Part shown: positions 1-12,773 of the stretch, in pieces
Layout: each line of letters begins with the position of its first letter
Position numbering within the stretch: the stretch's first letter is position 1
Source: the human T2T-CHM13v2.0 reference genome, Homo sapiens
Reading direction: 5' to 3' (one strand)
Length of the DNA: 64,000 nt
Assembly: GCF_009914755.1 (NCBI RefSeq)
Contig: NC_060925.1
Translations under genes and position numbers: made by a program
Notes under the pieces: model-generated
What the model was told of the DNA's origin: nothing
The model's input: the letters and a program-made list of their open reading frames with translations, nothing else
Database searches by the model: none

Positions 1-307
1 CCTCCTAAGAGCTCTAGAGAAGGGCCCTCTCCAAATCTGCATGGACATGGCAGGCCACAGCCCAGCACTTGCACAATTAGTGAACCTTTCTCTGTCCTTT
101 CATACAAATCTCCATTGTAGCAATGATATCGCCCCACTGTGATTGTCTGCTTAACTGTTTCCCCACCAGATTTTAAACTCCCTGAAGTTTTGTCAATGAG
201 TGAGTACCAAGTAAGAATAGATTGAAAGGAATTTGAGAGCTATCTTACAGCACCTCCAGATCTCCTTTGGAGAAGAGAGAACAAGTTTGTTCTACATTGC
301 CCCAGGG

Positions 308-671
308 CAGAGGTCCAAGGCTAGTGGTCCCACTAGAATCTGACAAATAGACATGTTTTGTTCAGCATACATGGCATTTATAAAACTGGATTGGGCTGGG
401 CACAGTGGCTCATGCCTGTAATCCTAGCACTTTAGGAGGCCAAGGCAGGAGGATCTCTTGAGCCCAGGAGTTCAAGAGCAGCCTGGGCAACAAAGTGAGA
501 CTCTGTCTCTATAAAAAAATTAAAAAAATAGCCAGGCATTGTGGTGGATGCCTGTGGTCCCAGCTACATGGGAGGCTGAGGCAGGAGAATGACTTGAGCC
601 CAGAAGGTGGAGGCTGTAGTGAAATAGATTCATACTAGTATACTCCAGCTTGGGTGACAGAGTGAGACTCT

Positions 672-721
<50 letters not shown>

Positions 722-875
722 GGCTTGCTGCCAATGTTTGAAAACTGGGAGTTTTTTTTTTTTTTAAAGTAAAATTTCTAGCTTCCTTTGAAAAATTTAC
801 ACATATGAGCAATTTGTACATGGTGGGAGCTGAGTTGCAGCTCTCTCCTGAGAGTGGGTGCTCTGCAGTTCACCA
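308..875 (+). mobile_element. MER102-like hAT-Charlie DNA transposon relic split by an AluJ
   Basis: Segments agacatgttttgtt, gccaatgtttgaaaactgggag, ttctagcttcctttgaaaaa and gagctgagttgcagct resemble the recalled MER102 consensus in order. Confidence 0.55.
394..716 (+). mobile_element. AluJ with (AC)22 tail
   Basis: Dimeric Alu with J-type gagcccaggagttc; TSD aaactggattg/aaactggcttg. Confidence 0.9.
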
Positions 876-897
876 GCATAGAGACTGATGGAGAACA

Positions 898-1282
<385 letters not shown>

Positions 1283-2394
1283 TCAGGGGGGTTAAAGGGC
1301 AGGAAGAGATGATCTTTAAAAATTCAGATTCTTTCTAAAGAAAGCACAACCTGGACCACCCCTTTTACTGTGGAAGTACTTAGAAAAATAATTTTAGGCA
1401 TGGAAATGCTGTTATAAATTCAAGAAAGAATAGAGACCATCTCAAATCACCATGCTGCTGTAAACATGCCGCACCGCCCAGCCCCGCTTCCTTCTACAAT
1501 TCCAGTCTGTGTATTTTTGTGGGGAAGTGTACCTATTCCATTTATAATACCATGTCATATTTTCCAACCGACACCGGATAAGTTAATCAAAGATATACAC
1601 TGCATCCTGAACGTCTGCTGAATTTAACCATCTATTTTTATGGTAACCAAAGAGACTTCCCAGGGGCATTGCTGCAGATAGCCAGGGGGTTGGCTCTAAA
1701 ATTTTTTTAATGACTCAAAGTCCTTATTTCCAGTGCTATCAAATAAAGAATACTTATATTTGCAGAGGCATTCAATGAACTCCGAGAGATAGAAGACTTG
1801 TCCAAGTAGTTATAGTTAGTTAGCCACTTATGAAGTAAAAGGTAGACCCCAGAGGATTTACTCTCTGACTGTCTCCCTGACAAAGGCATTTGGGGCACAG
1901 GAAGGCACTTGGGTCACAGGGAGGTCTGTCTAGGAGACAGGGTCTTGGTGTCAACCGGGCTCCTGGGAAGATTTCCGCCCATGGATTTCCTAGAGGTGAA
2001 TCAGCACCACCAACTTCCCATAACAGAGGTAACACCTTTCTCTAGCAAACGGAGATTGATCTGAGTGGTAAAAACTCAGCTCTTCTGTTAAGAGTATTTG
2101 CTGGTTAAAATAAAGGAGCTCATCCACAGTGGGAGTTTACATTCTGGGCTCCTAAGGGAAACTTTCAGACAGGTCCCTCTTATCCTCCAAATTAGTTTGT
2201 TCTTGGAAAAGAGCCCATGTCTTGAGTTGACCTCTTTCATTTAAGACGAGACTTGGCCATTTAAGATATTCTCTTTAATGTTTGAGTTCTGTTGTTGTTG
2301 GTTTCCCTTTAAAAGCAGGCATACTTATACAGATTCAGTATTACAAGAAATACAGAATGTCAAACATGAAGCTTCCTAGTAAGCCCCCCGTCTT

Positions 2395-2455
<61 letters not shown>
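2395..2455. repeat. Compound (TC)n(AC)n microsatellite
   Basis: Read directly. Confidence 0.95.
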
Positions 2456-2456
<1 letters not shown>

Positions 2457-2699
2457 CACGGAGAGCCACTTTTAAGCATATAGTGTATATTCTTACAGAT
2501 TTGGGGGGTGTGTCCACTTGCCATTAACTAATAATTAATTAATAAATAAATAAGATTAGAATACACATACAGCTTTGCATTTATTATACCTTGAAAGGCA
2601 TTTAATGTTGATCCATGTAGTTTTCCCTCAGTCTTTGTAATGGTTTCATAGACTTTCATTCCATTATTGAAGTCCCATAGTTATTTAAATGCTGTACCT

Positions 2700-3228
2700 G
2701 CTGTGCCCACCGAAAGGCCATACCCCATCTCCTTGACTCCTCGTCAGCAAAGCCTCAGATCTGTCTGGGTGTTCTTCCTCCCATAAGTTCTGGGAAGGCA
2801 ATCCCCTGTCTCCACCCTCAACCAAAGGATAATATCAGGACTTGCATGATGATCTCATTTCGTTTTCAATGATGGGTTGTAACTCATTATTGATCAATGA
2901 TACTGAAGGAGAAATCTTCTGTGGGGAGAGAAACTTCTGAGAAAGGAAATCCTTGATAATAAAAAGAGATCAGTAGAAGAAATTCCTTCTTCTTTGCTGA
3001 ACATCACCTTTCCTGAGCCAGGAAGGAGACATGACTGACACACTGGAGATAGTGGAGCAGCAAGGGAAAAACCTCCGGGTCCCTAAAGAGATCCTTGAGC
3101 TGCTGGATTACCTGGCCGTGGACCCAGCTGCCATGCAGACCTCTTGTTTGGTGGATAATAATCTCCCCACTGTTTAAACTTTTTTTGTTAAGCTGTTACT
3201 TGCAGCCAAAACTATCCTAACTGATATA
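2700..3228 (+). mobile_element. MLT1-family (MaLR) solo LTR
   Basis: Typical 3' end gttacttgcagccaaaactatcctaactgatata; internal ttgagctgctggatt. Confidence 0.65.
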
Positions 3229-3355
3229 CTTGGGTCTTTATTTGCCTATTGACTTCATAAATAATACAACAATGGCTACCTCCAAAGGAGAAGAAAGTAC
3301 TTTCTGAGATGTGAATGAATGAACAAACAAACAAATATTTGGCAGGAGTATAATT

Positions 3356-3630
3356 CTTTCATTCATTTACCTATCATTTGCTGAGTGTATATAGTGCATG
3401 ACAGGCCACAGGCCAGCCAGACGAGGTGGCCAAACAAAGAAATAATAAGACATCGTCCGAGCCTCAAGGATGTCACACCTAGCAGAAATGTCCATGTATA
3501 AAAATAATCCTGGTACACTGTAACAGTGCGAGAGAACCTAGTAATATGAGAGCATAGAGGGTAGTCAGAGAAAGCTTCACAGAAGACAAAACATTTGGAG
3601 TGGGTCTGGAAGGATGAGTAAGAGTTTACT
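3356..3630 (-). mobile_element. L2 fragment
   Basis: cattcattta..gtcagagaaagcttcacagaag..gaaggatgagtaagagtt. Confidence 0.6.
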
Positions 3631-3949
3631 ATTTGGGGTTAACTCCCGAAGTGGAAAACACCACCATATTGGAAGCCTTGGGGTACTCTCAAAGTCAGCA
3701 AATTTATAGCCTCATGCAAGATCTGAGTAGTAACAGCCATTTTGCATCTTGTTTTTTATGGCTAATAAGAGAAAAAGCAAAAACAGGGACCTATAGGAGA
3801 TGGGAGATGTGCCCTGGTGATGCGGACAGGCCTGTCCCTTCCATGGGAGGTATCTTTGGAAATCCCCCATCTCCACGGTAATACGAGCTGCCAGCCGGCA
3901 GAGGGTGAATTAGCACTGGCACCATCAGATACAAGCTGGACACAGCTGA

Positions 3950-5550
3950 GTGCAGACAGGACACCACATCATCTGGGACAAGAGAGCAGACTGCTATGAC
4001 AGGTTGGTCTCAGGCCGACAGGACCCAGCCTGGGCCTGACCCACTGGTGAGTCACCCAGGACAGCCCCAGTTGACTCCTTGGACCCAACAGCAAAGGCAA
4101 AACAACCAGAGAGAGGAAGCCTGGATGACTTGGTTACTGCCACCTGATGCTCTTGCGTCTGTGCCACAGGTCAGATTCCCGCAGGAGGCCAGCTCCTTAA
4201 CAGCTTCCGGTTCCTCCTGGAGTAGTGTTCCTACTTACCACTAGCTGTGCACAGCTCTCTCGTCCAGGATTTTAAAGCCTGCAGCAATGTGATAGGTAAA
4301 CAAAGTGCCACAGAAGCAGCTCCATTCTGGCTCCTTAAACCTCACCTATTCCCCAGGTGCAAAAGAACTATTATTGCTACACTTGCAAACAAAGTGCATG
4401 TCAAAAAAGGTATAAACAGCAAGTGTCTTAACATTCTGTATGGGCAAGAATGATAAAGCAGTTCATAGTCTCTATGTGCCATATTAATAATGATAACTGA
4501 ATTAAGAATTTGGATTATATTATTATGTCAATACACTTGGTCTAAACCATTTCAGGTGTTTGCATATCCTAAGAACGTATTTAATTCCTGTGGTTGCTCT
4601 CAGTGTCTGCTAGAAGCTGTACATTCTCCTTCTGCTCTCATAAGTTTGAAGCCAGGTCCCTTGGCATGCTATGTAAACACAGCCATTTAAATAAATAGAA
4701 CATGGCCACGGTTCAGCACCAGCAACAGGAGCCACTGCTTTTTTGGGTGAGGAATGGTGAAGCCAAAAAAAGAAAAGGAAGAAATCCCCTGTAACATTAG
4801 ACAGATTGCAAGGAATTTTTCTGAATTTTGGCCAAGAAGCTAAGATTAGAAGTCATATTGCACCCTTTTTATAATAAACTTTTGGCCTCAATCACAGAAA
4901 TTCATTCATTTGACATACATCTATATATCGGATATGGTTTGGCTCTGTGTCCACACCCAAATCTCATGTCGAATTGTAATCCCCACTGTTGGCAAAGGGA
5001 CCTGGTGGGAGGCAATTGGGTCATGGGGGTGGATTTTTCCCTTGCTGTTCTTGTGAGTTATCCTGAGATCTGGTTGTTTGAAAGTGTGTAGCAAGTCTTC
5101 CTTTGCTCTCTCTCTCCTGCCACCATGTGAAGATGTGCTTGCTTTCCCTTTGCCCTTCTGCCATGATTGTAAGTTTCCTGAGGCCTCCCCAGCCATGCTT
5201 CCTGTACAGCCTGTGGAGCTATGAGTCAACTAAACCTCTTTTTACATAAATTACCCAGTTTCAGGTAGCTCTGTATAGCAGTGTGAGAACAGACTAATAT
5301 AATATCTATCTATATCTATATCCATATTTATATATCTGTACGTCTATATCTATGCTCATATACACACAGAAATGTCTTTTATATTTCTGTTACAGGTTAA
5401 GCACTGGGAGGCACAGATGTATGAGGACTTGCCATCTAGGAGTCAGAGAATCAGCACATATCTTGTCATGTCATAGCTGAAGAGCTGCCACCTAGACCTG
5501 TTCCTGCTGCTTCACTCTGGTTTTCCCATGGCCCATATGGAAGGGAACCA
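3950..5550 (+). ncRNA. Candidate two-exon lncRNA (outer ends not definable)
   Basis: Donor CTG|GTGAGT at 4046/4047; acceptor TCTTTTATATTTCTGTTACAG| at 5395/5396; no meaningful ORF. Confidence 0.35.
4930..5301 (+). mobile_element. MSTA/THE1D-type MaLR solo LTR
   Basis: gatatggtttggctctgtgtcc..gagaacagactaatata; 5-bp TSD ATATC (4925-4929 / 5302-5306). Confidence 0.92.
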
Positions 5551-5732
5551 GGGTTGGGCTACCACCATTTTGTGCTCCCAGATTGGAGGATGGGTGAGGC
5601 CTCTCCATCCCAGCTTCCCTGGATAACTTAATTTAAGCTTATGACACATATTCTCTGAAAGGCAAACCCATGAGGTGTATTCACAAAGAGGACATCAAAT
5701 CCCACTTGGAGTCTTGTGTCATTAAACCATTA

Positions 5733-6081
5733 CAGTCAGCCCTCCATATCCCTAGGTTCTGCATCCATGGATTCAACCACCCATGAATAAAAAATATCCA
5801 GAAAAAAAAAGTTGATGGTAGTGTCTGTGCTGAACATGTTCAGACCTTTTTTGGTCATTTTTCCCTAAACAATACAGTATAACAACTATTTACATAGCAT
5901 GTAGATTGTATTAGGTATATATAAGTAATCTAGAGGTGATTTAAAGTATAAAGGAGGATGTGCATAGGTTATATGCAAATAGTATGCCATTTTATATAAG
6001 TTATTTGAGCATTTCCTCTATGGGTTTTGGTATCCATGGAGGTCCTGGAACCAATCCCCCACAGATACCAAGGGACAAGTG
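5733..6081 (-). mobile_element. MER2 (TcMar-Tigger MITE)
   Basis: Terminal inverted repeats cagtcagccctccatatcc / gataccaagggacaagtg flanked by TA; body matches recalled MER2. Confidence 0.85.
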
Positions 6082-6284
6082 TATTTAGCATTTTCATACA
6101 CCCTGTTTCATCTGCATAAGACCCTGACGATTTCAAGATACGCTATCTTTTTACATACCACTAAGAAAAACCAGCCAACTAGACTATGGCATGCCATCTG
6201 CAGTAAGATGGATTCTGATTTCAGAACTGTTAAAGGATTTTTTGAAAAGTACTTTCTAGAATCAACAAAATCCAAAGGCTTTCT

Positions 6285-6410
6285 TCTCCAACTAGACTGT
6301 GAGTTCCTAGAGGGCAGAGAACATACTTATAATTTTCTGTACTTTGCAGTGCCTAGCACAGTGTCATACACATAGAAAATACACTGTAAAACACTCTAAT
6401 GAATGAAAGA
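6285..6410 (+). mobile_element. L2 3' end
   Basis: ctagactgtgagttcctagagggcag..gtgcctagcacagtg..aatgaatgaa. Confidence 0.75.
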
Positions 6411-9264
6411 AAAGTGAATAGTTAATATAAATCCTATGCTCTCTCAACAGAAAAGTGCACTGAGTAATCAACCAGCCCACTCAAGTAGAGGCAGGAAGGT
6501 CCCGATTGGGCCTTGTTCTTCCTATTGGGACTAACATTGGAAACAGCCAGACTCGCTGAGTCTGATGTGCCCTGGAGCAGGCGGGGAGGGAGCTTCCGAA
6601 CTACAGCTTCTCCAGCACTTGGAGCAGCTCGAGGCCTCTCACCTTAAGGCCTGGTCAACCAGCTGCTGGCCAGACACACTGCAATGCTGGGCTCCCTGGG
6701 AACCTATTTATGTTTCTCCTGAAAACCAGTATGTAATATCAAACTTCTGAAAGTAAAATCACAGTTTAAGTGGATTGTGGGAGCTGGCTATTTCGGGGAA
6801 CCTTCTGGTGAGTTCTCTGGTAACGTCAATAACCACTCCCTGATTTATCTATTTTATAACTTTGGATTTTTGCGTATCCTGTTCCCTTAGAACAAGGCAC
6901 ACCCTTATATTGGGTTTCCCCACAGTAGAGTCTTTGTGCTGGGTCAGTGGCTTGAAGGGTTTTTGCCTCTCTCCCTTGAGGGTTCCTGTTCTGCTCAGGC
7001 CCCAGTTAGACTAAACCTCTTCCCCAGGTGCCAGGGCTTCCCTGCTGTGAAAGTAGTAAATGGAAACCACGTGTTGCTTTATTTCACTTTATTTTAGAAT
7101 AAAGTTACTTCTGACCAGTTTCATTCCAACTTTTGAGAGATGGACCACAGAGAGATGCACGCTGCACACAACAGGGCATCAGTGGGCATGCCACATGTGT
7201 GCAGGGGCAAGGAATGTGCTTCACACATGCTTCACACATTCAACCCCTGTGTACTGAGCAACTGAGGCATCCCAGGTTCTGTGCCAACTCTTTTGGGGAC
7301 TGCAGAGATGCCCAAGACTCAGCCTCTGGCCTTGAGAAACTCAGTCTAGTTACAGTAAGCTCTGCTGCATGATACCATGCAGGTCGGAGGCTGCTCCTTC
7401 CTGAGAGAGTTGGGGAAGGTTTTACCTGGGGTAGAATCTGGAAGTTGGGTGTTGGGAGAAAAGGAAAGGGCAAAGAGTCACCAGGTAGTGAGGCAACATG
7501 TACAAAGGCACAGGTGTGTGAGACCACGGGGACCAGGGAACGGTCAGACAGAGGGCGCTCTGCAGCCTCCCCCTTTACTCCTACCCTGAGTCAGTTACGG
7601 GGAGGCTGAAGCCTTCCCTTGCCTGGGCCCATAATTGCAAGGTCTCCAGAGAAATCTAAACTTGATCTCCCAGATCTCCTGTTTCCCACAAACCTCTGAG
7701 CCTGCACTCCTCTCTTTTGTCCTGCTGCTGCTGGTGTTGCAGCACCCACTGACAGGAAATGGGGCCCCTGAAAAGATCTTTGCTCCTGTAGTTTTGCAGG
7801 CTAGAAGGCGAGAGAAGCAGGAGAGGGCCAGTTAGGAGCACTGAGCATGGTCCCAGCACAGGGTTGTGATACCCACTTAGAAATGACCAATGACGTCCTG
7901 ATACTTGCTTAGTCCCCTTTCCTGGTCCTTCCTAAATTGTCATATGCTTGAGAAACCTGGATGTCCATATGTGCCTGGCCTGTTTCTCTGCATCTGCCCC
8001 CAGGGTATGATAATCCCTGGAATACACAAGCTCTCATGACCCCTTCAAAGTGGTGAGAGACATTAGAGGCAGTGCCCATGTGTCTCTCTGAGGCTTCAGT
8101 CATCTTATCCCTAATCTCTGAGCTCAGTCTCCTGGGTTCAGATATCAGGGCTAACTCCTTAATCCGTAATCTCCTGGGCTAACTCCTTAGGGCTAGAGCT
8201 GAGTCCAGTCATCATCTGTGGACAATTCTCCCACTCACGATAGGCAGGCGGGGCCACCTGTTTTACTTCTTAACACTATTTAGTCGGGATAAGGATGCTA
8301 TAATTCATGGGGTGAACTGTGAGACCTTACACTTGGAAGTGACTTGGAGGTCCCTGGCTCCACCGACTGCCAGACCCCTTTCCCACCTCCTCGGCCAGAG
8401 GTGGTCCAGGCCTCTGTCACTGATGGAGTTGGTGCCTGCTCTGCCTCTTTCCACAGCTCATACTCCAGAAGTGTTAGCCACTCTTCTGACTATTAGCTTG
8501 ACATCCATCTCCTTATAGCTTTCAGTAACTGTTTAGGTTTTTCCTTCCAGCATTCCTCAGAATGAATTTAATCCTCTTTCATATTGCCATATTTAAGACC
8601 TCTAAATTAGGTGCTTCTTCCCCACGTGCACTCTCAACCTTTTATTTCTTTCTAGGATAAACACAGCAGCTACAATTATTCTTCACATGATCTGTCTTCA
8701 GGACTTTCATTTCCCTGGTTGCTTGCTTCCAAATACACCTCAGTCTGTTAAGGTCACTCTAAAACTGAGATATTGATAGGGTAACAGAACCCTCCAGGTC
8801 TTCCCTGAGTGCCAACTGCAGCAAGTCTATTAGCTCCTGTAGGATCCTGAAGTGGACTTCTGTTTACAAATCCACCCTCCCTCCTGAACCATGAGCACTT
8901 ACTTTCTTGCTCTCTTGGTCCTCACACCCCCAACCCCCAATCCCCAAGCTGAATTAAAGGGCAGATGTAAATTTCAGAATCCAAGAGACAACACAGTATA
9001 GGAGAATTGTTTTAACTTTCTTGGTATTACTAGCTCCCAGCACAAAACCTAGGAGCCAGCAGGCACTCAATAACTGTATGGTCAATCAACCAGTACATCT
9101 GTTTAATGTAAGTACGGTAAGCTTGCATGTAGTTTCTTAGCAGTATGTCAATGTTTATGGTTAACTGCAATCTCATGGTCTATTTCATGTGACCTTCTAT
9201 AAGAAGAATCTGTCAGTTCTACTTGTAGTGTTGACTTTCCTTAATGTAAATTTAGGACCTGACA

Positions 9265-9706
9265 TTTATGTAACAAACCCTTCCAAAATTGGGTGGCTTA
9301 AAACAACAACAATTTATAATTGTCACAATTTTGTTGGTTGATGAAGTTCAGCTGGGAAGTTACTCATGCGGTCACTCATGCAGGTGGGAGCTTGGCTGGG
9401 GCTAGAATGTTCCAAATGACTCCTCATCCTCTGGGGTCTCTCTCCTTGTGGCTTTTCATCACTCAGTATTCTACCCTGAGTTTCTTTACAGCCAAGGGGC
9501 TGGCTTCTAAGAGGGAGTGTCACAAGAAGACAAGCCTCGATGTACAAGAACCTATTAAGCCTCTGATTGCTCCAAACTTACTAACACCTTGTTGGTTAAA
9601 ACAAGTCACATGATCAAGCCCAGCATCAAGGTGGAAGGGAACTATATAAAGCCATAGACACTGGGAGGTAGTTCACTGGGGACTGCCAATGTCACAGTCT
9701 ACCACA
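9265..9706 (-). mobile_element. MLT1-family solo LTR
   Basis: gtaacaaac..ggcttaaaacaacaac..aagtcacatgatcaagccca..tctaccaca. Confidence 0.75.
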
Positions 9707-9814
9707 TTTATCCTTATTAGATGTCATTGTTACACTTTTGAGAGGGAAGATTTTTGCTCACATCTTTATAAAAATTCAAATTTTTCAGGATATGGGCTCC
9801 ATGATGATGGTGAT

Positions 9815-10045
9815 GACAATGATACATCATTTACTGTCTACAGTATCCTAGGTTTTTCTTTTCATGATTAAAATTTATATAAAAATCCCAAGGACAGAAT
9901 TATTGCTCCCACTGAAGAGATAAGAAAAATGAGATTCACAGAGCCTCAATAAGTTTCTTAGTCTCAATCTTAGCTGAAGGCAAGATTTCAACCTAGGTCT
10001 CTTTAATTCCAAAGGAGGTGTTTTTTTCCACTGTACCATACTGGC
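9815..10045 (-). mobile_element. MIR
   Basis: gataagaaaaatgagattcacagag..gatttcaacctaggtct. Confidence 0.6.
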
Positions 10046-11447
10046 TCTGAGTCTACTTTTGACTCAAGGAAACATATAATTCCCTGCAGAAGAGTGTTTT
10101 TCAAATTCTAATAAGGAACTCAAATAGTTAGACAATGCAAAATCACTTTTCTTTCTCTGGAGTTCTTTAAGTGTTTAAATTTCATTTTGTTCTAGGGTAT
10201 TTTGGTTTCTTTTGCTTTATATAGTGAGTTCTCCTGACTAGTGAAGGAGCCCGAAAGTGCTGATCATACAGTAGGGCTGGGATGTTTAAATATCTGGATG
10301 AAGGTTCTGATAAGACTTCATATAAATAGCTATAAGGCAGGGTTCCCATACAAAAAAAAATTGAGTTTGAACTTGAAGTTAGTCTTAACTCCATCTATAC
10401 TGTCTGGATTGCCAGTGTAATTGGCCTCCAAGTAGAGAACTATGCTTTTTTCTTTATCTACTCTGGTAAATTATTAAAAGGCTCTTCTGCCCAGGGGATC
10501 ATTAACTACCTGGGAGGTCTGGCAGGTGCAGCAAAGTGAACCAGGGCAGCTCTGGTTGGGATGGCAGGACTGAGCTTCCTCAGGCAACTTCCACTGCTCA
10601 GCCAGAATGAGGGAAAGACCAGCCCTGGGCAGGGCTGCAGGGATTGGGCTGGTGGGCAAGAATAGAGGTAAAGACGGGATGGAGGAAGAGGACCTCCCTG
10701 TCCAGCCTGAAAGTGGACTTCCAACTCTTTATGTCACTCAACTCCCATTTGCCTGATGGAATGTGTGCCGTGTGCACCTGCATTTACCCACATTCCCTCC
10801 TTCCTCTCTTGGAGGGTGAAAGTGGAGGCAAGGACGAGTCCCAGATTGGCCAATGCAGAAACAACATTTGTGTGGATGACACAGGAGAGCAGGGGAGGTG
10901 AGCAGGAGTGACAAAACCTCAGTTAAACCCGTCATCAACCCAATATCTTCACTATCCACATGAAGTGACACGGGAGGTTATACGACACGGCCAAGCCCAC
11001 CAACTTCCTTAGCACCAGAGATGGCATGGCACTAGATGGCACTAGAACCCACACCTGCCACCCCCAGGCAGGGCTTTTTCCTTGGCACTGGTGCAGTCAC
11101 CAATCTCAGTAGCTTTCACGAGCCTACAATTGAAAGCACTTTTCTCTATGGCTTTACATCTTGGCCTTTAGGGCAGTAACCCACAGCCTAGTTAGTTCTA
11201 CTTCTTCTGCCACCCTTCCCTTGTTTCTGTTGGAAAGTGGTGCAGCTATTGGAGGATGTGCTTGACTGAATGTGCTCCCTCAGCTTTTCAGTCCATAGGA
11301 TGGGCCCCAACTACACCCTTTCACTCCTTCCCTGCTCAAAGATCATGAAAGAATTCCTGAGGTAACATGTTCATCTTGGGTGAGACTCATTCTTTACAAT
11401 TCACCCCTGTGGTGAGCTCAGCCTAGTGCAGCCTCTCGTTTGCTCTG

Positions 11448-11449
<2 letters not shown>

Positions 11450-11487
<38 letters not shown>

Positions 11488-11519
11488 CATGCATGTATGC
11501 ACATACGCACGCACACATG
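11450..11519. repeat. (CA)n plus alternating purine-pyrimidine extension
   Basis: Read directly. Confidence 0.9.
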
Positions 11520-12627
11520 AGAAACACAAGAAAGCACCTTTAAAAAAAAGTAGCGGATGATACTTTCCCTTTGTGGATGGTTGCACCTCATACCAATCAT
11601 GGGTTTAAGCTTGGTGAGGAAAGAGATGGACGGAGATAGAAGCTGGGGAGAAAGATTTGTAATTATTTAAACTTATTGAATAGCTATGTGCCTGCTCCGC
11701 TCTGAAAATAGCGCCTGGGTTAAAAGTCTCTGTACCTCAGAAGGTCACCATCTGTAGGAGAGGTAGATCAAAACATATCATTTTAATCAGGAAGAGTTTG
11801 AGGTGTGGGAGGTTACAAGGCCCAGGCCTGAGATGGAACTAGCACCCACATCTGACACCCCCGGCACAGGGCTCACTCCTCAACCTTGGAGCTGTTGCCA
11901 ACCTCAGTAGGTATGAAGAATGTATTGGGCACACATGTTGAAAGCAATGTTTTTCTAGGGCGTTTAGGAGTGAGAGAAGCAAGCGCAATTCCCTGTGGTG
12001 TCCCAACCACAAAGCCTCTTCTACCTGTAGCAGACAGAGGAGGTGACACATGAGCTGAGTCTGGGATGACAAGCTCACAAGCATTTGGGGTCAAGCATTC
12101 CAGGGAGAGGAGTCAGCCTGGGCAAAACCAAGGCAGCACTCTCGGTAGGCCTGGGCCTCTGGCTAGTGGTTTCCTTCAACCCACACGCTGCGCATGGAAC
12201 CACAGAAGGCAGCACAGCAGAGCATCTGCCCTCACGTTCTTCCTGGTGGGGGGCCTCCCAAGGACATTCTGCCTCAGGTTCTTATTGTCTGAGGTCACTG
12301 AGCCTCCTGAAAGTATTTCAGGAATGTGGAGGCCTGACTCACTCTCTTCCTTGAGTTCACAGTCTGAAGTTCATAAAACCTCTTCCCCCTTTAGTCATTC
12401 TTATTCAAATACCGGCCCACAAGTTTCACAGATGGAGCTGGCAGGAGGAATCTTGGGAAGCATTTTTTTGCTCAGGATGTGAAAGTATATGAAGAGTTTG
12501 GGAGATCCAGGAGCAATCATTCACTAAGAGCCAGACCCCTGTGGCAGGCGCTGGCTAAACGCAGAGACTGGCTGGCTCGCTCACAGAGTGGAGATCACTG
12601 GCAGAAGAGAAATGCCATGAAAGCATC

Positions 12628-12773
12628 CACTCTGTGCCTCAGTTTCCTCAACTGTAAACAGAGACAATAACCACACCTTCTTCAGAGAACTGGATGGGGA
12701 GTGAGTTAATCCACATAAAGTAGTTAGAATACAGCCTGACACATAATAAGTGCTCAATAAATACTAGTTTATT
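12628..12773 (+). mobile_element. MIR
   Basis: ctctgtgcctcagtttcctcaactgtaaa..taagtgctcaataaat. Confidence 0.85.
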
